Assembly: GCF_009914755.1 (NCBI RefSeq)
Contig: NC_060934.1
Length of the DNA stretch: 64,000 nucleotides
From: the human T2T-CHM13v2.0 reference genome, Homo sapiens
Strand: one strand, 5' to 3'
A program made the position numbers and the translations under genes. The notes below the pieces were generated by a model. That model saw only the letters and a list, made by a program, of their open reading frames with translations, did no database searches and was not told the DNA's origin. How positions within the stretch are numbered: the first letter of the stretch is position 1; each line of letters begins with the position of its first letter. Below, piece after piece: positions 14,911 through 32,233 of the stretch.

Positions 14911-15176
14911 TAAATTAAAATTCCAGCCACTGTTCCTTCATGGAGTCACCTATTTGAATGAAAGTCACTTGAGGCTTTTTCAGTGTTGTCAGCAGTGTGA
15001 GGATGCTGGGACAAGACTTTCATGCATTGTCACATGCATTTCACTTGTTTGTTGTGGAAAATTCTTACTGAGAACTTTAGGCCTATACAAGATGCTAAAT
15101 AGAAAGTTATAGATCAGCCTCTTTGGATTTGAGATAAGAAAGGAAATAGACATCATTTGTAGTCACTACCAGATGA

Positions 15177-15674
<498 letters not shown>

Positions 15675-15757
15675 TAATATTCTGCCACACACCATCAGCA
15701 GAATGCCTCAGGAGTGCTCCTCAAAGGTGACCTTCAGGATCTTGTGCCAAGAGTTCA

Positions 15758-16418
<661 letters not shown>

Positions 16419-16729
16419 TCATTACAGACAGTGGTGAACATATTACTACCAGACAACAATCCATGCTGTTTTGAAAGTTTCCTGACATTCTTTAAAGACT
16501 CATGTAAGTTAAAGCCATATGCAACAATTGAAGCCCGTTTCCTCCTCTGTTCCTGGGTGAGACAGCAAACCGCTGCTTGTTGATCACACCAAGGCTAATA
16601 ATCCTTCATGGAGCTGAGGATGCTCCTGCTTTTCTTGTGTCCCTCAGCTACTGCAGAGAGAAGACTTTTCTTATCAGTTCACCCCTGTTTATTAAAAACA
16701 GCCCTTTTATCTTCCTTACAAAAACTTGC

Positions 16730-17049
<320 letters not shown>

Positions 17050-17921
17050 CTATAAACCAGGATTTTATTTAATGTGGCAGGATAAAAAATAAGTCATTCT
17101 CCCTTTCAGTAGAAACTAGAATAACACAGGAAATAAAAGGCCAGCAAAAAGTCAGAGGCTGGCTGAGTTTTTTCCTGCTGTGGATACTGATCCAAGACGT
17201 GCCTTCTGACTCTAACCTGATATGCTTTGGAGCGGATGACATAAGAAAAGGCTTAAAGAAAACTAACTCCAGAAAATTAAAGCCAAAGGACTTGCTTAGC
17301 CATGACATAAAGCTCATCAGAATCCATCCAAGGGAATCCTATAAAAATCAACAGGGCTGACACGTCATGCTTGGAGGAAGTCTATCTGCAATAGCTCAGT
17401 TGATACAACCAGGAGATTTGCAGACAAGTTACAGGAATAGCTCATGACCTTGACCTAAAAGTTGCACTTAAACCCTACAGGCACATCCTTCAAGAGGGCT
17501 CAAAGAGAATCAGCAGGAAATCTGTGCCGAAGATCAAAATCTGGGGGTAATCATAGGTCTTAAGAATAGTGCTTTCCTCCAGACAGTGTAATAGATCTTT
17601 CCTAAGAGATTAAGACTACAGCTGCTGAGCTGGCCAGCAAAATGCCCATGTTGCCAGGGCTGCAGGCTCAGTTTTCCAGGGTGGTGGGCAGGTTTGGCAG
17701 TGAATCTTAGACATCATGTGCACTTTCTGATCATTGCTGCTGCTGTGTTCTTGCCACTCCCTTGTCGTCCCCAACTCAGCCCCTCCTCCACTCCAGTCTG
17801 CTCTTCTTCCCAAAGTTAATAGCAAGACAGTAGGATTAGTTAGGTTCCTTTCAGCTAATGGGAAGTCCAGGGCCTTTTAGGATAGTCTTAGTCCGGTGAT
17901 ACTAGGTCTGTTTCCCTGTAG

Positions 17922-18355
<434 letters not shown>

Positions 18356-18404
18356 TAAAGGAGACAGAAAAATAACTTTCCCCGAAGCCCTCAGAAACTT
18401 AGAG

Positions 18405-18408
<4 letters not shown>

Positions 18409-18438
<30 letters not shown>
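18409..18438. repeat. (TG)15 microsatellite
   Basis: Perfect run. Confidence 0.95.
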
Positions 18439-18439
<1 letters not shown>

Positions 18440-18742
18440 CATTAGCTTTAGTTACATGTGTTGCTCCCTAAATGAATCACTAGAAAGGGAGGGGGCAGTA
18501 CCTCTTGACCAGTCAGCCCCACCCTGGAGTTGAGGACTTTGACTGTGTTCTATTGAGGCCCATGAGGGTGGTGGTGGTGGGGAGTTGGGGGGAGGGGTCG
18601 AGGCGGGGGAGTGGAGAAAGGGAAAACATGAGCAAAATTGGGGTTCTGTTACCAAAGAAAAAAGAAAGAAAAGAAGATAGAAAGTCGACGAAGGAGGCAG
18701 TTGTGATGTCCTCTTGATATGTCCACAGGACATATCACTATT

Positions 18743-18755
18743 TTATATATATATG

Positions 18756-18789
<34 letters not shown>

Positions 18790-19065
18790 TGAGAGAGAGA
18801 GAGAGTCTTACTCCATCACCGAGGCTGGAGTGCAATGACATGATCATGACTCACTGCAGGCTCGACCTGTGGGGCTCAAGCCAGCCTCCCACCTTAGCCT
18901 TCCGAGTATCTGGAACTAAAGACACATGCAAGCATGCCCAGCAAATGTTTGTGTTTTTTGTAGAGATGGAGTTTCACCATTTTGCCCTGGCTGGTCTTAA
19001 ACTCCTGAACTCAAGCAATCCTCTTGCCTCAGCCTCCCAAAATGCTGGGATTACAGGTGCGAGCC
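18743..19065 (-). mobile_element. AluJ with (TA)n-expanded tail
   Basis: Diverged antisense dimer. Confidence 0.88.
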
Positions 19066-19089
19066 TCTATGATTATTCTTAATGATAAT

Positions 19090-19446
19090 CACAAGAGCTA
19101 TGGCTGTCTTTATGCTGTTCCCCACATTTTCTGTCTCTCTGGGCACGTGGTGGCATTGTACTTCTTGGCTCCCTTGTGGAGCCCTATCATTGGATCTGGC
19201 CAATGGGCTGTGAACAGAAGCGATGTATGTGACTTCTGAGCCAGAGCATTTGATAACCTGTGCTGGTTTCTTCAGAGAGAGTTTCTTTCCCCTATCACAG
19301 GGGCCAGCAATTCTCCCTGTCACCCTGGGCCCTGGAGGGGAGACAATGAAGAGTAATGAGCAAGTAGCATGGTAAAGAAACAATACACTTTGATGTTTTG
19401 ATAATTTGTTACGGTAGTGAAAGCCTAGTATCTTTTGACTGATACA
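19090..19446 (+). mobile_element. Old MaLR LTR (MLT1I/H-like)
   Basis: TCTGGCCAATGGGCTGTGAACAGAAG...TGACTTCTG...TGACTGATACA. Confidence 0.65.
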
Positions 19447-19799
19447 ATAGCTAACATCTGTTGAGTGTTTGCTGTGCTCCAGGCATGTGGTCACACATTA
19501 TCACCATTCCCTATAGATATGAGAAACCAAAAGCTGTAGAGGCTCCTCTCATCTACCCACAGCCACAGAATGACTTTATCCCTGGTAATTTGTACAAATT
19601 AGTTTGCCTAAGTATGTATCTAAGTGCAGATTGCCCAATGACACAATAGATAAATGTCCTAAGGATTTTGGAGCAGCAACCAAGTGAGTTTTGGGGTGTG
19701 CGTCTGTGTGGGTGTGTATGTAGGGGGTATCAGAAATAATACAGGAACATTCAAGTGTACACATGCAGTGTGACTTCAGTAAGAGGAGAAAGGGAAAAG

Positions 19800-20355
19800 C
19801 ATGCTTTGGGAATGAAATTCCCCGTGGTTCTCCTATGTTTCTGCACATCTTGTGATCACCACACCAACTGTCTTTTGTGCCAAACTACCTTTTCCAAGAT
19901 GTTTATATAGCAGGTAGCCTTGGAGGATAGAGATAGTTTGTCTTCCAGAACAAACAGCAGGTATGCCCACCACTTTAGAAGGTGTACATAGTACCTGTCT
20001 CTGAAGCAAAGGCAGGCATACTAACTGTCCAGTATAGTAAAGACAGTGTCTCTCTCCAGAGCAAAGCAGACATGCTCAGTGCCCATTATAAAATATTTGG
20101 GTCCCTTATTAAACCAGGGTAGCTCTCCTGTAATGCAATCCACTGTGTGTGTGGCTGTCATTGCCCTGTAGGAATTGATGCTTGTAGTGCAAAAGTTCTG
20201 ATATTCTCACTACTGCCATTGCTGTGAGTAATAAATTGTTCTTTGACTCTGACCCAGGAGTTTTGTGTCTCCTGCCAGCTACATGAAACTGTGGCAGGCT
20301 ACCTTGTTAGCTTGCAAGAAGGGTAAAAATCTCAGACCCTTCATAATTTGTAACA
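19800..20355 (+). mobile_element. ERV solo LTR (LTR47-like)
   Basis: TATA-like CCCATTATAAAA, AATAAA, and 3' end TCTCAGACCCTTCA...TGTAACA. Family name is tentative. Confidence 0.65.
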
Positions 20356-21329
20356 CATGTGGTTGTTTACGGAGAGGTCACGTTCCAAATACAGTTGAGA
20401 GAGAGGAGGTTGAGAAATTGTGCTTATGTCAGGACTTTTCCCAGAGAAAACTATCTTTTTCCAAGTCATCTATTTCTTATAGTTCTTTCTTAACTCTGGC
20501 ACACTCAGATGATTGAAAACCTGAAGATCAGGCATGGCCTTTGTCCTGGGTTGCAGACAGGCTGGGCCGCTCTCACCCAGAAGAAGAAGTTTTCTTTGGA
20601 ATCTTCACATCCACCTGAGAATCCTAGTGACCAGTTTGAGAGCATAAATCAGAATGCTACCCAGGGGGCATGATTTTCAAACTGCCTCAATGAAGGTCTG
20701 CTGTCCTTGTGGTCCCTCCTTCCTGTCTTCAAATATCAGAAAATCTTGGCACTCAAAGTTTCCAAATTGAAAATGAAATCTGCTCAGTAAGAATCCTATT
20801 CTAACAGAGCGTGGAATTGATCCTAGGAGTTTAGGATAAGCTTTAACTTCTAACTTCTAAATATTTCACCTGCCAGGTTCTGAATGAAGAAAACACTGCA
20901 GACAATCAGCAATTGGAGAACAAGGGTGTTTGCAGAGCTCTTTGCGAGGAGTTACACATTTTCCCACATAGTTCAGTATCAGATGTTTAAATCATTTTGT
21001 ATAAAACACTGTGGAGTTATAAGAAGTCATTCATGAGATATGGGTGCAATTTTTTTTCCCCTTGCAAGAAACAAAGGCAAATTAAAACAACCTGCATGGA
21101 ATTGAGACCATCCAGGAAATAATCATTAGACCAGTCCAGGTCACTGAATGAGATATCAGTGAATTTTTAAAAATGAGTCTTCACCATATTCAACTGCCTG
21201 TCAACCATATATTATCTGAATTTAAGAGATGCGTGGGGGAAAACCTTCTCTTGGAGAAAAAATGAATTGTCAGTATGACAGGATTCTGCAAAGATCTCAG
21301 CCCATCCACTTTTAAGTGTTGTTTATCTA

Positions 21330-23170
21330 TTCATTAATTCAATTTGAAAAATTTATTGGATTCTTATTAATGTGCTAATCTAAAACAGATGTAATCCCTA
21401 CCCTTAAAAGTGAAGTGTTTTATTTCAAAATATCTTAAGTGGTATGAAGAAAAAGTAAATAATGCTGTGAAAGCTTATAATAGAGTCCCTAACCACTTCT
21501 AGGAGGCTCAGGGAAGGATTCCCTGAAAATTCGGCACTGGAGCTGAAATCTCAAAACTGTGAAGGGATTCACTGCACAAAGAAGTTGGGGGTAGAATGAG
21601 GGTGATGGGGGAAGTTAGTTACTTCAGGCTACAAGAACAGCATGTTCAAAGGCCATGTGGCAAATTGCTTTTAGGATAATAAAAAGGGACAAGTCCAAAA
21701 TTTGGGAAGGATTGAGGAACAAAATATGTAATGATAGGAGTAGATTATAAATCATAGACTAAAATAAATATCCATGAGTCCACAGTGATATTAGACACTT
21801 GAATAAATCAATTAATGGAGAAGGAAGGCTATTCATTACAGTAGAATTCTAGTGAATAAATGTAGAAGAAATGATAAAAATAGAAAATCACCATTTGGCA
21901 AGCACCAGTAATACTTATTTCATGAGAAAATCATCAGTTGATGCTAAAATTAGTAGGCAAAAGTATAATGAGAAACAGAATAATTACATAGACTCAAAAT
22001 ATCTGTCTCACCCTCCAACCCCAACACACACACAAGAGTAACTGTTACAGTGGAGAAATTTGCAGACACCATCCTAACCAAGGGCTCAAAGTTAATTTAA
22101 CATCACCAGTAATGAGACACATTAATATCCTACACTTCCTGATATGATGCATGAGAAGAACACAACGTTACTTTGGTGATATTCTTGCCCTAGATTGTGT
22201 AGCCTGAACTTAAATGTGAAAAAACATCAGACCAACCCAGATCAGACCAACTAGATAAACAGTGATGGTCAAGGAGACAGGAACTGCTTCAGGTTGGAGA
22301 AGATTTTAAGGAGACATGACACCCACATGCAATGAGAAGTCATAGACTGGATCCTGAGCCAACTGGAGCAATTCAAATAAGTCTGTAGATTAGTTAACAG
22401 TATTGCATATTACTACTAATTTCCTGGTTTTGGTCATAGTACTATGGTTATGTAAGATGTTCACATTTAGCGAAGCTGGACAAAGGGTATATGAGAGATC
22501 TTTGTGCTATTTTTGCAACTGTTTTGTATGTCTAAAGCTATTTCAAAATAAGTTAAAGAAAGAAGGAAGAAAAAGAAAAGGGACAATTACAGAGTACAGA
22601 GAGGAAAAGAGGCAGGTCAGGTGGGCAGCTGGTGACCATGCGGGGATTTGTAAGGGATGTTGGAGCCTTGGGTCCTTATCCCAAGAGTAAAGGAAGACAT
22701 TGAAAGGTTATAGATGGGGCAGCAACAGATCAGATTTGCATTTTCCAGAGATAATGCTGGCTGCAGTGGGGGAATGCATTGGAGGTAGGCTGGAATACAT
22801 GTGGGGAGATCAGTGAGAGGATATTGCAAGAGTACAGGAGAGAGGAAGTTGCAAGCATGGTGTAGGGTGATGAGAGGGAGAATGGATGGGCATGGAGAGA
22901 TTCTAGACATTCTGTATTTAGGAAGTACAGTTATTGAGTGACGTGGGCATGGAGAATAGTGGGGCATGGGTGCTGAGGATGACTATACATTTCTGGCTTA
23001 CCCGACTAGAGAAACAGAAGCTATTCACCGAGAGAGAACCAACACTGGAAAAGGGAGAGATGTTTCAAGTTCACCCTTGGATACTTTGAGTTCGAAGTCC
23101 CTTTGATGGATTCAAATAGCAGTGGCAGAAAAGGCAGGTGGATTTTAGGAGAACGAAGCTCAGAGGCAAA
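21330..23170 (-). mobile_element. L2 (minus) interrupted by an L1MC-like 3' end (about 21670-22560, plus)
   Basis: L2 motifs on both sides; L1MC4-like AAATCACCATTTGGCAA...TTTCAAAATAAG in the middle. Confidence 0.6.
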
Positions 23171-23417
23171 GATCAAAGTAGAAATGAAAATCGATTATTG
23201 TAGCAAATTGCCTCCAGAGCGAGGGGGAAAGAAAGACACGTAAACTAAATAGTTATGATTTATCCTGGAAAATACAAAACTTGAGTTACAAATAAAGTTC
23301 TGTGTAAGCAGAGAGGAGGAGTAGCTATGAATGTAGGTAGCTGAGACTGGATTTCACAAAGGAAGTGCTGTTTGAGATGAGCTTAGAAGGACGGGTAGAA
23401 GTTTGTTGGTGTCCATC

Positions 23418-24399
23418 TGAAGAAGGAAACTAAAGCAAAATTAATACAGAGAGTTTATTTGGGCCAATATTGAGGACTGCAGCCCTGAAAATACTGGGAA
23501 GTGCTCCAGAAAACAAAAAAGAGGCTTAATTTTTTAAAATCTTGCAAATGCAAATGCCTTTTAACAATCAAAAATCAATCAATGTAATACATATTAATAG
23601 AATAAGGACAAAACGATGATTATTTCAATTGACATGCAAAAGCATTTGACAAAATTGAACATTCATTCATGATAAATCTTCCAGAAATCTAGAAATAGAA
23701 ACAACTTCCTCAATGTCCTAAAGGGCATCTGTGAAAATTTCAAACATCTGCTGAAGTATAATAATAGAGAACAGATTGATATTTTCAACTTTATGGTATT
23801 AAAAATTAGCAATAACAGGACAACTGATAAGGATAATATATTCACCTAGAAAACATTAAACACTTTTCTAAAAATGAAGAGGCTTAATTTTTTTTTTAAA
23901 AGGACAAATCAGGGGACAAGGTGATTACAAAAGTTGTGAAGAATTCTCATTGGTTTAAGAAATAATATTGATAAGTGATAGGCTATACATTGTTTAACTA
24001 TAAGGTAAGAGCTATGGTGTCCAGCATGTGGCGTTGTTAGGGTAATTTATGGCTACTTGGTGGCAAAACTTAGTCTAGAGTCCATACAGCAGGTGGTTTT
24101 GAACTTAGCTCAAGGTGGGGAGTAAGATGTTACTGCTATCTCAAACAAAACAAAACAAAACAAAACAAAAAACAAAGAAACAAAAAAAACTTTTTGTAGA
24201 GACAGGATTTTGCTATGTTGCTCATGTTGGTTTCAAACTCCTGGCCTCAAGCAGTCTTTCCACCTGGGCCTTCCAAGTGCCGGGATTACAGGCATGAGCC
24301 ACCATGCTGTAGCCAGCTATCTTGTTTTAACGCCTCTCAGGTCCTGATTATTAAAGGGGGCTCTCGTTCCTCAAATAAAAAAGTTTCTTTTCTTTCTCG
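23418..24399 (-). mobile_element. ERV1 MER4-group LTR (MER31/MER67-like) with an internal insert and a FLAM Alu at about 24141-24315
   Basis: GAGAGTTTATTTGGGCCAA...TTGAGGACTGCA at one end and AAAAAGTTTCTTTTCTTTCTC at the other. Confidence 0.6.
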
Positions 24400-26001
24400 T
24401 TAGGCTAATGTGGAGGAATCTTCAGAGAGTCTGCATGAATATTCCTTTATCTCATTAGTTGGTAGGCAGGTCCAGCCAACAGGTGGGAGCTCTTAGCCAA
24501 CTATGTAAGCTCTGGGGTCATACAAGGTCGGCGTCAATGCCACCATGCGTGGGAAGGAGGCAGTGTGTTTTCAATTTTCCAACTGGTCTTTCTGTGCTTT
24601 GTTCCCTATTGGGAATATTCTTAGCCATATCAGGGTTGCATGAATACTGTAGAGTTTACCTTCATCTCCCTCTTCTTTACTTCCCCTCCTATCGAAAGTC
24701 CCCAAACCATATTCACAAGGGCACTGTAAGCTGTGTCTAAGGTGATGGCTCTTTCAAAAATTACTTGTTGTTTCATGAGTTAACTATTTCATAATGACTT
24801 ACTTAGAGCACCACCTCTGGGAGCATTTCCATTTAAATGAGGAAATGAAGTATTCCCACCAGAACCAGTTGCAAATTGTAGAATGATGGCTTTGGGGCAG
24901 GAATTACAGGTTCAGACTGACTTTTCTTCAGGGCTCCATACTAAGTACTCATCTTCCAAATGAGCTCGCGTCATTCAGAACTGTTTTCCACCCTCACACG
25001 CTGAGAAATACACTGTTCTCCCATCAATAAGTTGGCTCTAGATCACAGTGGTCATCAGAGCAGAATAAGGAGGGAGGATAAATGCCTGAGGATTGAGTAT
25101 CAGAATCTCTGGAGAGTCAAGAAATCACACAGCGGGTTCTGAGAAGCTTAGAGATCAGGGTCAGACTTCTTTCTTTTTTTTTTCTTTCTTCTTTCTTTCT
25201 TTCCTCACTTCCCAGCTTTGGGAACCACTATTCCAAGACTCTTAATACCTCTTCCAAAGAGGTAGACTAACTGACTTTGGGGTCTCTTAACTCAACTAAA
25301 TTACCAGGTAGGGTCTTCTCTGATTTTAGCCAAGATCTCTTTGAGGGCTCCCTCTTAGAGGAAGCCATTTCTTAGGTAGAATTTCCATTGGCGCCTACTT
25401 TTCTTGAATTTTTCCACGTAGTTTCAAGAGAACTTCTGGATAGCATATGCCCTTTGCCCAGCACTTTTGCTAATGACTAAAAAATGAGACAGTCATATTA
25501 AAACATTTAATGAATTCCCAAGAAGCAGTTGTCATTGAAATTACAATAAACAGCACCATTTACAGTAGCATTAAAATCCATGAAGTACTCTGGGCCAAAT
25601 TAAACAAGATAAAAATTTATGCAACACTCAAACAATGAAAACTACAAGATGTTGCTGAGAGAAACAATTTTGAAATGAAAGAGCAAAGTTGGAGGATTTA
25701 TACTACCTAATTATATAAGACTTACTATAAAGCTATAGGGATTAAGATATCTGGTATTGATGTATAACTAGATATGCAGATTAAAGAAACAGATTAGAGA
25801 GCCCAGAAATAGACCCACACATATGAAGATAATTGAGTTTTTACAAAGATGCCAAGGTAATTGGGGAAATGATAGTCTTTTCATGGTGCTGCTCATGTGG
25901 ATGTATTTGTAATAGGTATGACAAAAGTATTTGTATCTAGAATATTTAAGAACTTGTGGAATTTAATAATAGCAAACAATCCAATAAAAATGAGCAAAAG
26001 A

Positions 26002-26297
<296 letters not shown>

Positions 26298-26427
26298 GCA
26301 AAAGATTTGAACAGATACTCCATATAAGATGCATGTGAATGACGAATTAGCACATGAGAAGACGCTCAATATTATCTTCAGGAAAACGCAAATTAAAAGT
26401 ACAAGAGAAACTGGTACACATTACATC

Positions 26428-27197
26428 TGACGACTAAGCTCTGATGTTTTTATCTTGCCCAAATTCCTATCTAAGGGGTCTGGAGAGTCATCCCCCACAA
26501 GCCATAATTCTCATCAGATGGGTTTTATTTGACCCTATACATAGTGACTTACTTTCCAATCTGACTCTGGCATAACGTTATAAGACAAGGAAAAAAATCA
26601 AAATATTTAATCCCAAACCATGTTTTTCTGCCATGTCTTGAAATGGCCCTGCAAAGCCGTCCTTTGTAGGGGAAAATCTGCATCTGTAAAGAATCTCTAT
26701 TAACATAGCTAGATCTTTTTCTTCCAGGCCCTCCCAATCCTGAGATGTTAACTAAATGTCTAGCACCTTTTAAAGATCTGAATAGGAAACATTTGTTATC
26801 TATTGTCTTTAAGGGCAGCCACTATGAGACTTTGAAGGAACCTCAGGTCTCCACAATCTTTTTTCTTAATCTGAACATTTCCTTTCTATTGATCCCAGGT
26901 CTTTAGACAAACTCAACCAATTGTCAATCAGAAAATGTTTAAATTTACCTATAGCCTGGAAGCCACCCCCTGCTTTGAGTTGTCCCACCTTTCTGAACCA
27001 ATCCAACATTATTTCTGAGTTATTTGATTGATGTCTCATGCCTCCCCAAAATATATAAAACCAAGCTGTACCCTGGCCACCTTGAGCACATGTTCTCAGG
27101 ACCTCCTGAGGGCTATGTCAGGGGCCATGGTCACTCATATTTGGCTCAGAATAAATCTCTTTGAATATTTTACAGAGTTTGACTCTTTTCATCGATA
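26428..27197 (+). mobile_element. MER4 (D/E-like) ERV1 solo LTR
   Basis: TTGCCCAAATTCCTATCTAAGGGGTCTGG...TTGGCTCAGAATAAATCTC; 4-bp TSD CATC. Confidence 0.85.
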
Positions 27198-27840
27198 CAT
27201 CCCGTTAAAATGTTTAAAATTAAAAGGACATATCAAGTTCAAAGCCAGTGTTGGCAAGAATGCAGAGTAATGGACCTCGTGGACGTTGGTGGTGGGAAAC
27301 TCACATTGTGAAATACTGTGGAAAAGTTAATGATGCACTTTAAGAAATACATCCAGCAATTCTACTCCTGATGTTCACCAAAGAGATGAAAACATGTCCA
27401 CAGAGAGACGTGTAGACAAATGTTCATAGAAGCTTAATTCATAATAGCCAAAAAGTGGAAACAACCCTAATTTCATCAGCAGGTGAATAAACAGACTGAG
27501 CTATATTCATACAATGAAATGTTAGCCTTCAAAAACAGAACAAACTACTGATGTACACAGTGACATGGGTGGATCTCGAAAACATTATGCTGAGTGAAAG
27601 AAGCCAAGCTGACAAAAGACTATGTAATGTATGATTTCATTTACATGAAATTCTCTAAAAGACAAATCTAATCTACATGGACAGAAAGCAGATCAGGGGT
27701 TGCCTGAAGCTGAGAGTGGGAGGGGAATTGGCTGGGAAGCAACACAAGGGAATTTTCTGGGGTGAAGGAACTGTTCTGCATCTTGACTGTAGCGGTTGCT
27801 TACTTGAGTATATACACTTGTCAGAACTCATCAGATGTAC

Positions 27841-28103
27841 ATTTTTTTTTTTGAGACAGAGTCTTACTTTGTCACGCGTGGCTTACTGCAACCTTGAACT
27901 TTTTGGCTCAAGGGAGCCTCCTGTCTCAGCCTCCTGAGTAGCTAAGACTACAGGGGTGCACAACCATGCAGGGATAATTTAAAACAATTTTTGTTTTTTT
28001 TTTGTAGAGATGGTGTCTCGCTATGTTGCCCAAGTTGGTCTTGAACTCCTGGCTGCAAGCAATCCTCCTACCTCAGTCTCCCAAAGTGCCGGGATTACAA
28101 GCA
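27841..28103 (-). mobile_element. AluJ
   Basis: Diverged antisense dimer. Confidence 0.85.
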
Positions 28104-29591
28104 TACATTTTAAATGGTGGTATTTTATTGCACTAAAATTTTACTTTGATAAAGTTGATGAGACAAATTGTGAGTAAAATACATATAAGGAGTAACAATT
28201 TATGGGAAATCTCAATCTGCAAAACAGGCTTTCCTCTGCCGATGCCCTGTGGACTTGGTGGGAGACCTGGCCGGCATCCACTCTCTCACCCATCTTGAGA
28301 CCTCATTGTTAGTGCTAAGTCATGAGACAAGCTAGGAATTCTGTTTCAGCTCTTAGTTGAGAGACTTTCCCTCCTCTTCTCAGCCCTGGTATGATTTCTC
28401 AGGCTGTCATCTCTTTTTCCCCCACCTTTCCAGAACTCCTAGGGATTTGAGCAGCTCATTCTTGCCCAGCCCACTTCTCACTGGAGGGCCAGGTCTTTTC
28501 CAAGTTCACGGAGAGAGAAGTGAACTTTTACCTTCATTTGCCCTCTTTTTCTCTTCTGCTCACTACTTTTTCTGTCTAGGCCCCCTAGTCATGTCCTATT
28601 TCTGCTGGGCTCTTCCAGACCTTCCTGCCCACTCAGTTCTTCACTTCCACCCCCAATTCCTGTCCTAATGTCACCGTGGCACAGCTCATGAGAAGTTTCA
28701 GGAGCTACCCTTTGATTTCAGAGTGACTCAAGGACTCAGGAAAGAGGGGATGACCCCAAATGAACCAGCAGCCAACCAGACAATGCCTGGTGTGTTAAGG
28801 CTTTTCAGTAAGCACTTCCTTCAAGGAATGACAGTTGGCCTTGCCCCAAAAGAATCTATTTAAATGTGATTACACTTGTGGTTTCTTCTTATTTCTGCAG
28901 GACAGAGTTGAAACTCCTCAGTGGTGCCCACTGGGCCATCACACTCTGGTCTTTGCACATGCCTGGAACCCCGGCGATCTCTTGTTTCTCCACCAAGGGA
29001 ACTCTGCTTGTAACACTTTAAGCCTCAGCTGAAAAGTGGTCTCCTGGGTGAAGTCTCACCTGTGCACCCACCTGAGGGTGAGTCAGCTCTGCTCCCCTGG
29101 CTCTCACCGCGGCTGTTATAGCATTTACCGGAGTCCCACAGTGACTCATTTGTCCATCACCCTCCCCACAAACCTTCCAGCTTCTGAAGGGCAGAGACAG
29201 CATCATAATCATCTTTTATAACTCCCGTGCCTAGTGCTACTCCCAATCCCTAGTAAGCATTCAAATATTTCTTACTGCAGTGCTTGGGACTGTCATAAAC
29301 ACAGAAACTGAATAAGGCTTCGTGTTTCCATCGCCTGGAACTTGCAGGCCAGAAGGAGAGCTAAAACACTCATATAAGTGTAATGCAAGGTAAAATGGGA
29401 TGTAGGAGGCACTAGTTTGAATATTGGGTAGAACTAGAACTGCAAGGGAGAAAGATTCAAGTTAGAATAACTGGCACAGAAGTTTGCATTTACCTAACAA
29501 AATTGCTAATTATTAGTGAGTGTCTTCTCTGTGCCAAGGACCAGGTTAAACATTTTTTTTTTCTTTTAGGACCAGGTTAAATATTTACCTC

Positions 29592-30690
<1,099 letters not shown>

Positions 30691-30882
30691 TGCATAATCT
30701 GATTTAATATACATCACAACTAGATGCAATAATCATCCCCATTTTATACATAAATAAACGGAAATGCAGAGAGCTTAATGTTTGCTCAGGGTAACATGTC
30801 AGGAAGTGCCAGAAATTCTGATGTTAGATGGTTTTATAAGGTTATCCACTGTGATCTACCACTCTTAAGAACTTTTACAAAT

Positions 30883-31195
30883 GGCCAGGCTCGGTGGCTC
30901 ACACCTGTAATCCTAGCACTTTGGAGGCAAAGGCAGGCGGATTGCCTGAGCTCAGGAGTTTGAGACCACCCTGGGCAACATGGTGAAACCCTGTCTCTAC
31001 TAAAATACAAAAAAAAAAAAAAAAAAAAAAAAATTAGCCAGGTGTGGTTGTAGGTGCCTGTAGTCCCAGCTATTGGGGAGCTGAGGCACAAGAATTGCTT
31101 AAACCTGGAGGCAGAGGTTGCCGTGAGCTGAGATCAGGCCACTGCACTCCAGACTGGTGACAGAGCATAACTTTGAGTCAAAAAAAAAAAAAAAA
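30883..31195 (+). mobile_element. AluS
   Basis: Full dimer with long middle A run; TSD AACTTTTACAAA. Confidence 0.92.
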
Positions 31196-31771
31196 CTTTT
31201 ACAAAGCTTTTACAAATTGTGAACTATATCATTTATTTAAAATAGTATGTGTAAAATAAGTGTACAAATTAAAGAATATTAACAACATAAGCATCCATGT
31301 TAGTTTATCAGTTCATTCATGAATTTGTTGTCGTTTAAGCAACTCCTTTGTGCTGAGGTCAGCATTTTCCTGAGTGTGCTGCTGAATACCCTGACCTGCT
31401 TATTTTAAATGTGGACTTCTGAACCCTTCACAATGTCAATGGAGTCAGCATCTCTGAGAAAAATGCTCAGGGATTTACATTTTTCATAGTAATACCTGGG
31501 GGGTTTCATGCAAAGTAAAATTGGAATATCATAAGTGCATATACAGCTTTGCAAATGGAAGGGGAAAGGGTCACCTGGTTTCTCTTCCAGCTCTATGAAT
31601 TTAGAGACATCGTCTGGTCTGTCTGTGTCCGGGGAAAGGAATAGTCTTTGAGATATTTATGAGGAAGAAAAGGAAGCAGAGTGCCAAGCCCCACAGGGAG
31701 TGGTTTTGTCAGTTGCTTTCACCGCAGGCTCTGAGGAGGGGAAGGAATCCCAGGATGAGGCCCTCAGGAGC

Positions 31772-32233
<462 letters not shown>

